DNA from: Antedon mediterranea
Taxonomy: Eukaryota > Animalia > Echinodermata
Reading direction: 5' to 3'
Length of the DNA stretch: 64,000 bases
Assembly (NCBI RefSeq): GCF_964355755.1
Contig: NC_092679.1
Coordinates: 24,721,432-24,785,431, forward strand
Under the pieces are notes generated by a model. The model did no database searches and was not told the origin of the DNA. It worked only from the letters and a program-made list of their open reading frames with translations. Below, piece after piece: positions 12,001-27,000 of this stretch (its first letter is position 1; each line of letters starts with the position of its first letter). The translations under genes and the position numbers were made by a program.

Positions 12001-15000
12001 GAAGCATACTCCCATAATAATGCAGCTAGATCAAACAAGTATGGAAGCATACTCCCATAATAATGCAGCTAGATCAAACACGTATGGAAGCATACTCCCA
12101 TAATAATGCAGCTAGATCAAACACGTATGGAAGCATACTCCCATAATAATGCAGCTAGATCAAACACGTATGGAAGCATACTCCCATAATAATGCAGCTA
12201 GATCAAACACGTATGGAAGCATACTCCCATAATAATGCAGCTAGATCAAACACGTATGGAAGCATACTCCCATAATAATGCAGCTAGATCAAACACGTAT
12301 GGAAGCATACTCCCATAATAATGCAGCTAGATCAAACACGTATTGAAGCATACTCCCATAATAATGCAGCTAGATCAAACACGTATGGAAGCATACTCCC
12401 ATAATAATGCAGCTAGATCAAACACGTATGGAAGCATACTCCCATAATAATGCAGCTAGATCAAACACGTATGGAAGCATACTCCCATAATAATGCAGCT
12501 AGATCAAACACGTATTGAAGCATACTCCCATAATAATGCAGCTAGATCAAACACGTATGGAAGCATACTCCCATAATAATGCAGCTAGATCAAACACGTA
12601 TGGAAGCATACTCCCATAATAATGCAGCTAGATCAAACACGTATGGAAGCATACTCTCATAATAATGCAGCTAAATCAAACACGTATGGAAGCATACTCC
12701 CATAATAATGCAGCTAGATCAAACACGTATGGAAGCATACTCCCACAATAATGCAGCTAGATCAAACACGTATGGAAGCATACTCCCATAATAATGCAGC
12801 TAGATCAAACACGTATGGAAGCATACTCCCATAATAATGCAGCTAGATCAAACACGTATTGAAGCATACTCCCATAATAATGCAGCTAGATCAAACACGT
12901 ATGGAAGCATACTCCCATAATAATGCAGCTAAATCAAACACGTATGGAAGCATACTCCCATAATAATGCAGCTAGATCAAACACGTATGGAAGCATACTC
13001 CCATAATAATGCAGCTAGATCAAACACGTATGGAAGCATACTCCCATAATAATGCAGCTAGATCAAACACGTATGGAAGCATACTCCCATAATAATGCAG
13101 CTAGATCAAACACGTATGGAAGCATACTCCCATAATAATGCAGCTAGATCAAACACGTATGGAAGCATACTCCCATAATAATGCAGCTAGATCAAACACG
13201 TATGGAAGCATACTCCCATAATAATGCAGCTAGATCAAACACGTATGGAAGCATACTCCCATAATAATGCAGCTAGATCAAACAAGTATGGAAGCATACT
13301 CCCATAATAATGCAGCTAGATCAAACACGTATGGAAGCATACTCCCATAATAATGCAGCTAGATCAAACACGTATGGAAGCATACTCCCATAATAATGCA
13401 GCTAGATCAAACACGTATGGAAGCATACTCCCACAATAATGCAGCTAGATCAAACACGTATGGAAGCATACTCCCACAATAATGCAGCTAGATCAAACAC
13501 GTATGGAAGCATACTCCCATAATAATGCAGCTAGATCAAACACGTATGGAAGCATACTCCCATAATAATGCAGCTAGATCAAACATGTATGGAAGCATAC
13601 TCCCATAATAATGCAGCTAGATCAAACACGTATGGAAGCATACTCCCATAATAATGCAGCTAGATCAAACACGTATGGAAGCATACTCCCACAATAATTC
13701 AGCTAGATCAAACACGAATGGAAGCATACTCCCATAATAATGCAGCTAGATCAAACACGTATACATCACTTTGGAGTGTACTGGAACACTTGCATGAAAT
13801 AACATGATCTGTAGCCTCTAGAGTGTTATCAATTTGATGATTACATCACTTTGGAGTGTACTGGAACACTTGCATTAAATAACATGATCGGTAGCCTCTA
13901 GAGTGTTATCAATTTGATGATTACATCACTTTGGAGTGTACTGGAACACTTGCATTAAATAACATGATCTGTAGCCTCTAGAGTGTTATCAATTTGATGA
14001 TTACATCACTTTGGAGTGTACTGGAACACTTGCATGAAATAACATGATCTGTAGCCACTAGAGTGTTATCAATTTGATGATTACATCACTTTGGAGTGTA
14101 CTGGAACACTTGCATGAAATAACGTGATCTGTAGCCTCTAGAGTGTTATCAATTTGATGATTACATCACTTTGGAGTGTACTGGAACACTTGCATGAAAT
14201 AACATGATCTGTAGCCTCTAGAGTGTTATCAATTTGATGAGTACATCACTTTGGAGTGTACTGGAACACTTGCATGAAATAACATGATCTGTAGCCTCTG
14301 AGTGTTATCAATTTGATGATTACATCACTTTGGAGTGTACTGGAACACTTGCATGAAATAACATGATCTGTAGCCTCTAGAGTGTTATCAATTTGATGAT
14401 TACATCACTTTGGAGTGTACTGGAACACTTGCATGAAATAACATGATCTGTAGCCTCTAGAGTGTTATCAATTTGATGATTACATCACTTTGGAGTGTAC
14501 TGGAACACTTGCATGAAATAACATGATCTGTAGCCTCTAGAGTGTTATCAATTTGATGATTACATCACTTTGGAGTGTACTGGAACACTTGCATGAAATA
14601 ACATGATCTGTAGCCCCTAGAGTGTTATCAATTTGATGATTACATCACTGTGGAGTGTACTGGAACACTTGCATGAAATAACATGATCTGTAGCCTCTAG
14701 AGTGTTATCAATTTGATGATTACATCACTTTGGAGTGTACTGGAACACTTGCATGAAATAACATGATCTGTAGCCCCTAGAGTGTTATCAATTTGATGAT
14801 TACATCACTTTGGAGTGTACTGGAACACTTGCATGAAATAACATGATCTGTAGCCTCTAGAGTGTTATCAATTTGATGATTACATCACTTTGGAGTGTAC
14901 TGGAACACTTGCATGAAATAACATGATCTGTAGCCTCTAGAGTGTTATCAATTTGATGATTACATCACTTTGGAGTGTACTGGAACACTTGCATGAAATA

Positions 15001-18000
15001 ACATGATCTGTAGCCCCTAGAGTGTTATCAATTTGATGATTACATCACTTTGGAGTGTACTGGAACACTTGCATGAAATAACATGATCTGTAGCCTCTAG
15101 AGTGTTATCAATTTGATGATTACATCACTTTGGAGTGTACTGGAACACTTGCATGAAATAACATGATCTGTAGCCCCTAGAGTGTTATCAATTTGATGAT
15201 TACATCACTTTGGAGTGTACTGGAACACTTGCATGAAATAACATGATCTGTAGCCTCTAGAGTGTTATCAATTTGATGATTACATCACTTTGGAGTGTAC
15301 TGGAACACTTGCATTAAATAACATGATCTGTAGCCTCTAGAGTGTTATCAATTTTTGGAGTGTACTGGAACACTTGCATGAAATACAATGATCTGTAGCC
15401 TCTAGAGTGTTATCAATTTGATGATTACATCACTTGGGAGTGTACTGGAACACTTGCATGAAATAACATGATCTGTAGCCTCTAGAGTGTTATCAATTTG
15501 ACATGATCTGTAGCCTCTAGAGTGTTATCAATTTGATGATTACATCACTTTGGAGTGTACTGGAACACTTGCATTAAATAACATGATCTGTAGCCTCTAG
15601 AGTGTTATCAATTTGATGATTACATCACTTTGGAGTGTACTGGAACACTTGCATGAAATAACATGATCTGTAGCCTCTAGAGTGTTATCAATTTGATGAT
15701 TACATCACTTTGGAGTGTACTGGAACACTTGCATTAAATAACATGATCTGTAGCCTCTAGAGTGTTATCAATTTGATGATTACATCACTTTGGAGTGTAC
15801 TGGAACACTTGCATTAAATAACATGATCTGTAGCCTCTAGAGTGTTATCAATTTGATGATTACATCACTTTGGAGTGTACTGGAACACTTGCATTAAATA
15901 ACATGATCTGTAGCCTCTAGAGTGTTATCAATTTGATGATTACATCACTTTGGAGTGTACTGGAACACTTGCATTAAATAACATGATCTGTAGCCTCCAG
16001 AGTGTTATCAATTTCTAACTTGCCTTTCTTTCAGTTATTAATGTGACATTTAAAACATCTTGTAATTATGTACTCCAAAGGAAAAACAAATTGCCAATAG
16101 AAATGCATATAATTCAAGATGATATAATGAAACGGTTGATTTACAGTTGCCGTACAAACTCATATTTAATTAAACTATAAATTAAGTATAGTTTATTGAT
16201 TAATCTGATTCTAAAATATATTAATATTCGGCTCTTATTTGTCATAATTTCACGCTGTAGGAGTTCTGTCATTCATCATGTCTCTTATATTCACTGTAAT
16301 TGTAAATGACAGTTCAACAATAGTTCATGATCTATTAAAAGCATTATAATTTTTCAATTACAAATTCCTCTGATTACAACTTTAAAGCAAACATTATGAT
16401 CTAATTATTAAACAATAATTTATGTACAAGTTGGTTATATTCAAAATATAAATGGCAGGTAAATAATATAAGTATAGGCCTAAGTAGTTACCGAAAATTA
16501 TAGGCTTTACAGTATATATTAGTATAATAATCCCAAGCTCAGGTATAATCCCACCTCCACTCAAATATATGATAAACGTTGAATTCCATGGTTATAAAAT
16601 CCCACACCTGTAATTCCTATATACGGTATATTTATGAAGAAGATAATCAAGAGATACTGTTAGTTGTTTTTTTGTTTGATATTATCGATATCACATAAAA
16701 CCAGTAGAGAAATTACAAATTTATTGATTTATTTATTCATGTGACTGGATTGCATTTTAACGTAGTACTGCTTTTCAAAATGGTCCAGTTACAAAGTTTA
16801 AACGTAAAGAAAAGTTAATGATACAGAAAAATGAAAGCATAAATAATTTAAAAGACATACTATAACATTTACTATCTAAATTTCAGGAGGTGATGTGCAG
16901 GCGCTTTACTTAAAATCATTAAGGGACTCTGATAACCAGACAACCAACAACAGATATAGACTTGCACCACAAAGAGACGGTGATGATGAGATGATATTCT
17001 CACAGATACCGCAACAAGATGAGGATTATGGAGATGACAGCTTTGTTGTTTATGAAGAAGATAATCACCAAAAAACTAATAAAGACAATATGTTGGAGAT
17101 GACAATTAATCCTGATAATATTATTGATACAAAAACAAGGCGTGGTATTAAATGTATCAAAAGTAAACAAATACCAACGAATAAATTACAGACTAGGAAG
17201 CGGGTTTTCATGTATGATTCATCCAGTGAAGAGGAGAACATTATAAAATATAAACATTTATCAAATTCTTCAGAACATAGAAACAGTGAGAGCACGCAAA
17301 TAAATGTGTCACCTTCAGTTAAACAACCAGTTAATAATCCAATACAAAATACAGCAATGAAAGCTGTAATTCGTAATGAGGTTTCCAGTTGTAATAAAAC
17401 TTGTGAACAGCTTGTGAGAGAAGAAAGACTGAAAAGACAAAAAGAAAAACAGTTAGAATTCAGGAGGAAAATGGCAGAAAAAGATCAAGTATCTGAAAAT
17501 TCAAATTTTAGAAAATCGGATTTGAAAGATTTATCAACTGATAAGAATCAAATTACCTCTATAAACAGAATAAAAAGTAATGGTAAAATACATGACAATG
17601 ACGACACAAAGATGAGATCAAATAATGACAAAGCTATAACATCAAGTCATCAACTAATTACATCAAAAGGAAAATCAAATGTGGCTGAAGGAATATGTAA
17701 TCTAAAGGAACAGTATGGACTCAGTCAAAAGGTAAGTTGTGATACTGTAGTTTAAATGGAGTTGAGTCAAAAGGTAAGTTGTGATATCTCTTTACTTTAA
17801 TTAGACAACTTTTGTTCTGACGATGCCGCCAGTTTGCCATCAATGCCTTGTAGAATTTAGAAAGCTGAACATTTTCTTCACACTGCAGGTATAATATTCA
17901 AGTTAAACATAAACATTTATTTTCTTTCATAAACAATTCCAAAATATAAATTAATGTGGTAATTAGATAATGTTTGTTATTGTATTGTTTTATAACTTTA

Positions 18001-21000
18001 ATAAAAGTACAAGTATATTTTATTTTGTTTTTTGATAAATATAAGAGAATAAAATAATGTAATTTCAAATTCTAATTTGATTAGAATCTAATTACAATAT
18101 ATTATGCTAATGGTAAGTGAGCTTTATTGTTTACAGCACTAATTCTAATTGTGGCATACATCAATTTATCAGCTGACAGTAATTGGATTTGTTCGTATAA
18201 AGCACTGTCCTCCTGCTATTAATTCCAATTATTATTAATAATTATTTTGAGTAGCTCAGCTAGAATGTTAGCAAGGCTACTGAGCTTATCAAAAACAAAT
18301 ATTTTTGTTTTCAAAAATCTTTTCTTTATAACCTGCTGATGATCATTTTCTCTTCCAATGTAATTTAAAAGGTCATATTTTTTTATTTTTAACACAATGC
18401 ATCTTATAATAATAAATAAAATAAATCACCATTTCTACAGAAAAATTTCAAATTTTCATTTTTCACTACTGTGGCATTGTGATTTATACGTATTTAATTT
18501 TTTATTTTTTTTTCAATTTTATTTTGTCACAAAATATAAAAAAGTATACAATGATGTAGCATAAAACGTTCACAGTACAATCCACCCACCCACCCCTCCC
18601 CCATGATGGTTTTCAAATGTTATTTTAAAACATTCCCAATACAATTCTGGTTATTTTAATTACTTCCCTGAACCACTAAATCATGAAGTCCCAGAATATT
18701 TTGATAACCCACACGCTCTTTTAATCTATTACATTTCATTGCCATTGTTGCTGGCTGGTTGGGAGTTCCAATCCTTCCTATTTAATATTTATATATTCAA
18801 ATTATTTAAATGTAATTATCATTATGAAAATTTCCTTTCTTTAAATTTGTTATGGATCACACACAATGTTGTGTTTTTAATTTGGAAATACGTACTTCTG
18901 AATCTCTTTCATCTCTTTAACTTTAGAATTGTTTTAGGGCAAGTAGTATAAACCATTCATTTTACACACACATGGAAATAACATGTTAGAGCAAACCTCT
19001 TTTTTTTCTGGCATAACAGTGCAGTGGCTATTTAACCACAAATGGTTCTGTTCCTTTAACTTAGAGCTCATCTCCATTTAACTTAACTGGGTTCCTTCAA
19101 AGGGCTTTTAACTATTACAAAGGCTATACAGTACATTGCTGGTAAATAGATCATGTAGATCTATGCTGTCCTAGATTATAGTACAGTAGTAAATACCCTT
19201 GTGGTTATAGCTATCGTATTTCTTACAGCATAACATGTAACCTACATATTGGTGTGCATAATCACAGATGAATCCCTCCACAGAATCCAATATTTAGCAT
19301 TCATATTATTAGAGCTTATTGTATTGACATTGAATGGCACTAAATGATCGAATACAAATTTCTGAAATCTGATCCAATCGTAGGAAATTCTAATACCACT
19401 ACCCTTTAACAAGAGACAGTATTTGATACTTCCATCTGGATATATTGTTAATACTATTAAAATGATTTTGTTTTTCTTTTCTCCGATATTTACACATACT
19501 AATATTATTTTAATACTACTGTATTATATTATTTTAAACATATGTTTGGAAATATTTTAATATTATTAAAATGATTTTGTTTTTCTTTTCTCCAATATTT
19601 ACTGTCTATTGTATTATTTTAATACTACTGTATTGTATTATTTTAAACATATGTTTGGAAATATGTTAATATTATTAAAATGATTATTTTTTCTTCTCTC
19701 TGATATTTACACATACTAATATTATTTTAAACATATGTTTATTATAATTATGTAAATTGCATTTGTACAATTCAATTAAATATCTATAATAAGCAGGCAA
19801 TATATTTTTTAAACCTCATAATGTAATGATTTTAACCCTGACCCAGATTTAATTGTTGACTGGTCCCAATTCGCGCATCCCCCCCCCCCTCCCCCAACTC
19901 TTCATGTTCGAGCATGTGAGACTCTAGATACACAGTCACAATAATTAAAAATAGTTTCTTCTGATGAAAGAAAGCCCTGTCTGAACAATTGCACCATTAA
20001 ATCAACCTACAAATCAAGTTTGATATTAATTAACCAACTTACAGTATAATCATTTATTATACTCATTATCACACTGTATTAACTGTATAATCATTTATTA
20101 TACTCATTATCACACTGTATTAACTGTACACACATCATTTATTATACTCATTATCACACTGTATTAACTGTACACACATCATTTATTATACTCATTATCA
20201 CACTGTATTAACTGTACACACATCATTTATTATACTCATTATCACACTGTATTAACTGTATAATCATTTATTATACTCATTATCACACTGTATTAACTGT
20301 ACACGCATCAAATATTCATTATTATTGAAGTACATTAAAACATACTATTGTCAACTTGTGACAATTTAACAGAACGCAATTAATTTGTAGATGATATACA
20401 CTACGTTGAAAGTTTCTTTTATTTGAAAGTGGAAGAACATGAAATAAACTACTTAATCTATTATTGTAATAGAACAGTTTTTACCGATTCAAAGTAAATA
20501 TATTTTAAAATAATGTAAAAAGAAAATGAAAAACAATAATGGCCTAACTCTACTGACTTTATACATTTATAAATAATAAATTTACATCTTTTTTTTAATA
20601 TACATTTTAACCGACGAGTATGAATTCATTTATTATGATGTATGCATTTCAATCCAAATCTTCAAATTATTTCTAATTCTGTTTAAAAAAAAGTAATTAC
20701 CGTAATGAAACTTTTAACAATCAATTAATCACATTTGTCCTAAAGGGATGTAAAAATCCTACTATATCCGTTACAAATTAGTGAGTGTTAGACGAATAGA
20801 GCCATTAATTTATACAAAATATTAATCTGTGCATGCATGAGTCCAGTATTATACTTCGGTCTGATAGATAGATCGAGAAAACTTTATAGAATAATTTTGA
20901 AACTTTTCAACAATAAACTTGTCAACAACCTTATGATATGACATTCTTCTTTCGTTCTACCATGGATTAAAGAATAGAAGGATATGCATCGACGGTGACA

Positions 21001-24000
21001 TCAAACGATTTTACAACGCGCTTGCCTATACTAAAACACTGCTGCCAATCAAACAAACACGTTCATTGAACTCCGTGTCTCTAACCGCGGCCCTCTGTAA
21101 AACGCTGCGAATCAACTGTTACATTTTTTGAGACCAAAACTTAACCATGTAGAAATCGTATGCGCAGTCTGAATATTCTATTGACATGTCTGCGTCGATG
21201 ATTAATTGACAACGAAAATATATTGCTGAATAATTCTGTTTTAGTTTCATCACAATCGGGCTACGAAAAGTTCACTTTCTTACGACTGGTAATTTTAAGT
21301 AGTTGGTAATATTAATAAAATATGCAATTTTTATATTTGAATTATCATTATTTGCCTGCCATCTTCTGTCATTAAAAATTGCGTTAATCTATAGAATATT
21401 AAATTATGCATTTGACCATGTATGTTGTTAGCGTGGCCGGTGTTCACACATACAACAATCGTGTTTTTAATATATGGCTATAAGCAGTGGTTTCTTCATA
21501 AATCTCCTTAATTATCGATGTGATTATATTTAAACTGTAGTGCCTGGTGATTGGCTAGTGGTTATGTCATCCACATCACATCCAATCACCGGGCCTAATT
21601 GAATGAAAAAAGCGATCCCTGATCCGGGATTGGCTGGCTATGTATAGTTGCGATTCGTTACCTAGCGGTCGTTTTGAAAAGTACACGCAGGGCAAACTTA
21701 ATCACGAACAAACAAAGTACTTATTATTATTCACACAAGAAGTAAGACAACGGTGAGTATATAGATCATGATTACACGTTCTACTACATTTAAGATTAGC
21801 CTAGGCCTACCTAGGCAGTATCAATGTCGGCAAATCATAGGGTTTACTAGCCCAGTTTAGCCTAGTAGAAGGCCTGGGCCTAGGCTAGCATTCTTGCTGA
21901 TTTTGTAATTTTACAACAAATGAGACAACAAATAGATTTGTCTCAGATGTAAGGCTACTACAGGTCATAAAATGCTACTTTAATCATAAAAAATCATTAG
22001 CGTATATCAATCGCAGCAGAAACCTATACTAATTACAACATAGTCAATATTTCACTATGAATACATTACAATGATAGCATCTACAAACAATATGCCACCA
22101 AAGAACGCGCGAAAGAATCGTAGCCAACATGGTTAAATGTCGTTGCACATGTGCAGTAAACAATATATTATGCACGCGACCGTTTCGTTGTTACCATGCG
22201 GTTAATTAAACTGTAACATTGTGGGCGGTCCGCGGTCTGTCGCCGAGAGTCAAGGAACCCTTGATCTTTAATCCATGGTTCTACCAAAGTTATCTAAAGC
22301 CTGGTTAAGAGGTGATAGTCATTAGTTTGACTTGAAGTTGTAAAACCTTAATCCAAATGTGTTATCGTGTCAATGTACTTTGTTACTCGGTTGATATTGT
22401 AATAATTCTCTCGATATTCATTCATTTTAATCATAATGTACCTGAGCATGAAAGGTTTATCTCACGTTTACGACTTACCGTTTATCTTATTACCTTACAA
22501 TAAAAACTTGTTTAGTGGTCTTGCACGCCACCAGATGAACATCTTTGTAAAGGAGGCACTCTTCACGCATTTGTGAATGCCCATTTACTGCACATATACG
22601 CCAACATTGTGAATGCCCATTTACTGCACATATACGCCAACATTGTGAATGCCCATTTACTGCACATATACGCCAACATTGTGAATGCCCATTTACTGCA
22701 CATATACGCCAACATTGTGAATGCCCATTTACTGCACATATACGCCAACATTGTGAATGCCCATTTACTGCACATATACGCCAACATTGTGAATGCCCAT
22801 TTACTGCACATATACGCCAACATTGTGAATGCCCATTTACTGCACATATACGCCAACATTGTGAATGCCCATTTACTGCACATATACGCCAACATTGTGA
22901 ATGCCCATTTACTGCACATATACGCCAACATTGTAATATGCATTGCTTTAGCCTTTCTATTGAACATTCATTACTGTCAAAATTTGTTTAAAAATGTTCT
23001 TAAAGTTAGTGAAAATATTATCTAAGTTTGTTGTTGCTTTTTTCATGCTTGTACCGTAATATTTGTGTGCCATGTGGGAGACTGCTATCCCCAGTTGTCA
23101 ATAAAGAAATTTAATCTAAAACAATTTTTAAAAAAAAGTTTTCATTTTTTCCAAAGTTGAGTCAATACTGCACTTTAAAGATTGATCTGATATTTTATTC
23201 ATTTAGATTCAAAGATGTGGTGTCGAGCCAATTGTTTTGGTGAATCCTGGAGTGTTATCAAGTTGTCCACACATTGCATCATCTCTAGAACTACAGCACA
23301 ATTTAAACTCAATGGTTCATCAGCTAACAGCATGTGACTTTATGGTCAGCAATCGAATGGGTGTCATTCGCAAGTCATTTTCAGGTTAGTGTCTGGAGTA
23401 TGACGTTCATATTTTAACACTGTTATGATGTTACTTGTAGAGCCACAAACTAGACCTAAAGCTTTTCTACACTATCAAACTAGTTTGACAAAAAAAGTTT
23501 GATGTGCCCAAATATAGTAGTGATATATACCCTATAAGGTAATGTATTATATCACATTTTTTTGTCACATAAAGTTTGATAGTGTAGACAGAGCTTAAAG
23601 AACTTGAACTACATTTAAGGTATACTTTTATCTTTATCATTTAACCACAAAACGTAACAAAGAATGGCCTGGTTTATCTTTATCATTTAACCACAAAACG
23701 TAACAAAGAATGGCCTGGTTTATCTTTATCATTTAACCACAAAACGTAACAAAGAATGGCCTGGTTTATGGTTTATATAATATTCTAATATATTTCAGGG
23801 AATTGTATTGTAGGGAAAGTGTCTTTAAACAGTACAATAATCATACAATATTTGAGAAAAACTCAATTGCAGTTTAGTGTTATCATGCTTATCAAAAGGC
23901 TTACTATAATAGCATACATAAGTAGAGGCAATGGCTGTCCATACTATATAATTAGGTACCTATCTAACGAGTTGCTTCATCTGCTTGTTGAATCTAGAAT

Positions 24001-27000
24001 CTTTAGATCAGGAACTCTTATAAATGCTGCCAAGATAACCTAGAAATTATTATTATTATCGTACATACGCATACATACACACACACATGTATGTCTTTTC
24101 CATACTACGGTATCTTTTATGTATGTCTTTTCCATACTACGGTATCTTTTATGTATGTCTTTTCCATACTACGGTATCTTTTATGTATGTCTTTTCCATA
24201 CTACGGTATCTTTTATGTATGTCTTTTCCATACTACGGTATCTTTATTTATTTATTTATTATTATTTATTTTTTAAGGCTCGCCCACCACAAGATATTTG
24301 AAATGAAAAAAAAAGATTTATTTAGTCACTAATGAATAATAGTGAAAATTAACATGCGAAAAATTTTACAAAAGTGGAAAATCGTAGAATCATTTAGAAA
24401 AGTATATAACAAATAACAAATATTTTCAATTTATCTTTTCCTCTATTTTTTTAAAAACAACCTTGGTTTACAAAAGTATACTGTTAATTAAACCAATATT
24501 TAACTCCTTTCTGCTGCAGTATTCAGACAAATCACAATTTTTCTAATTATTGCATTTACAACTAGATTTTGCTAATGGAGCCAATAGAAATAAACTGATT
24601 GATCAGGTACGCTATGCTTGTCAGTTGTTTGACCGACCTTGCTTAATTGTCGAGACAGATAGACTTAAGAAACCAGAAGAGAAAAGAATAATGTAAGTAC
24701 TGATACAATTGCTATGTGCACTTATCATCAATGGTATAATACCCTCCTTTGGATCCCCTATTGGTTCCCTAATTCAATCTCTTTTATTTTGGAAATATTT
24801 CATCCATATAAACAAACAGAAAAAGAAAAAAAATCGCAAACTCTAAGCTTAAATATATACTGTAGGATACTTCTCTATCTACAGTATATTTCTGAGCTTA
24901 AATATATAGGATACTTCTCTATCTACAGTATATTTCTAAGCTTAAATATATAGGATACTTCTCTATCTACAGTTTATATTTCTAAGCTTAAATATATAGG
25001 ATACTTCTCTATCTACAGTTTATATTTCTAAGCTTAAATATATAGGATACTTCTCTATCTACAGTATATTTCTAAGCTTAAATATATAGGATACTTCTCT
25101 ATCTACAGTATATTTCTAAGCTTAAATATATAGGATACTTCTCTATCTACAGTATATTTCTAAGCTTATATATATAGGATACTTCTCTATCTACAGTATA
25201 TTTTAATATATAGGATACTTCTCTATCTACAGTATATTTTAATATATAGGATACTTCTCTATCTACAGTATATTTCTAAGCTTATATATATAGGATACTT
25301 CTCTATCTACAGTATATTTTAATATATAGGATACTTCTCTATCTACAGTATATTTTATTATATAGAATACTTCTCTATCTACAGTATATTTTAATATATA
25401 GGATACTTCTCTATCTACAGTATATTTTAATATATAGAATACTTCTCTATCTACAGTATATTTTAATATATAGGATACTTCTCTATCTACAGTATATTTT
25501 AATATATAGGATACTTCTCTATCTACAGTATATTTTAATATATAGGATACTTCTCTATCTACAGTATATTTTAATATATAGGATACTTCTCTATCTACAG
25601 TATATTTTAATATATAGGATACTTCTCTATCTACAGTATATTTTAATATATAGGATACTTCTCTATCTACAGTATATTTTAATATATAGGATACTTCTCT
25701 ATCTACAGTATATTTTAATATATAGGATACTTCTCTATCTACAGTATATTTTAATATATAGGATACTTCTCTATCTACAGTATATTTTAATATATAGGAT
25801 ACTTCTCTATCTACAGTATATTTTAATATATAGGATACTTCTCTATCTACAGTATATTTTAATATATAGGATACTTCTCTATCTACAGTATATTTTAATA
25901 TATAGGATACTTCTCTATCTACAGTATATTTTAATATATAGGATACTTCTCTATCTACAGTATATTTTAATATATAGGATACTTCTCTATCTACAGTATA
26001 TTTTAATATATAGGATACTTCTCTATCTACAGTATATTTTAATATATAGGACACTTCTCTATCTACAGTATATTTTAATAGGATACTTCTCTATCTACAG
26101 TATATTTTAATATATAGGATACTTCTCTATCTACAGTATATTTTAATATATAGGACACTTCTCTATCTACAGTATATTTTAATAGGATACTTCTCTATCT
26201 ACAGTATATTTTAATATAGGATACTTCTCTATCTACAGTATATTTTAATAGGATACTTCTCTATCTACAGTATATTTTAATATATAGGATACTTCTCTAT
26301 CTACAGTATATTTTAATATATAGGACACTTCTCTATCTACAGTATATTTTAATAGGATACTTCTCTATCTACAGTATATTTTAATATATAGGATACTTCT
26401 CTATCTACAGTATATTTTAATATATAGGATACTTCTCTATCTACAGTATATTTTAATATATAGGATACTTCTCTATCTACAGTATATTTTAATATAGGAT
26501 ACTTCTCTATCTACAGTATATTTTAATATATAGGATACTTCTCTATCTACAGTATATTTTAATATATAGGATACTTCTCTATCTACAGTATATTTTAATA
26601 TATAGGATACTTCTCTATCTACAGTATATTTTAATATATAGGATACTTCTCTATCTACAGTATATTTTTGAGTTATGGAGCATATGAATGTTTCCAAACA
26701 CAAGAATATTACAACTATTCAGCATACGTTGCATGAAACTATAGATAGATTTTCACATATACTTATTAAAGGAAGAATGATCCAGCAAATTTGCTATTAA
26801 TGCAACACTTGGTTAGGTCCCTGTCAATGTTCACTTGGTTTACTGTATTTAAACATTTTATAAAACATGGCTATCTAAAATGTGCCAAACCTTCAGAATG
26901 CATCCTTATGCTCACATTAAATTGATTACATATTCATTATTATGATTATTATTAATTCAAATATCAAATGTTTTAATGAGTAAATTAAACTTCAATAAAA

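Noticed and set aside
10000-16014. CRISPR array
   Set aside because: Units are contiguous with no unique spacers, there are no cas genes, and the context is a eukaryotic intron. These are satellites.
22563-23025. ORFs with NAHLLHIYANIV / AFTMLAYMCSKW repeats
   Set aside because: Translation of a perfect 36-bp tandem repeat with no synonymous variation.
25263-26703. Minus-strand SYILKYTVDREV repeat ORFs
   Set aside because: Translation of the 36-bp satellite; the frame is broken by 32- and 34-bp variants.
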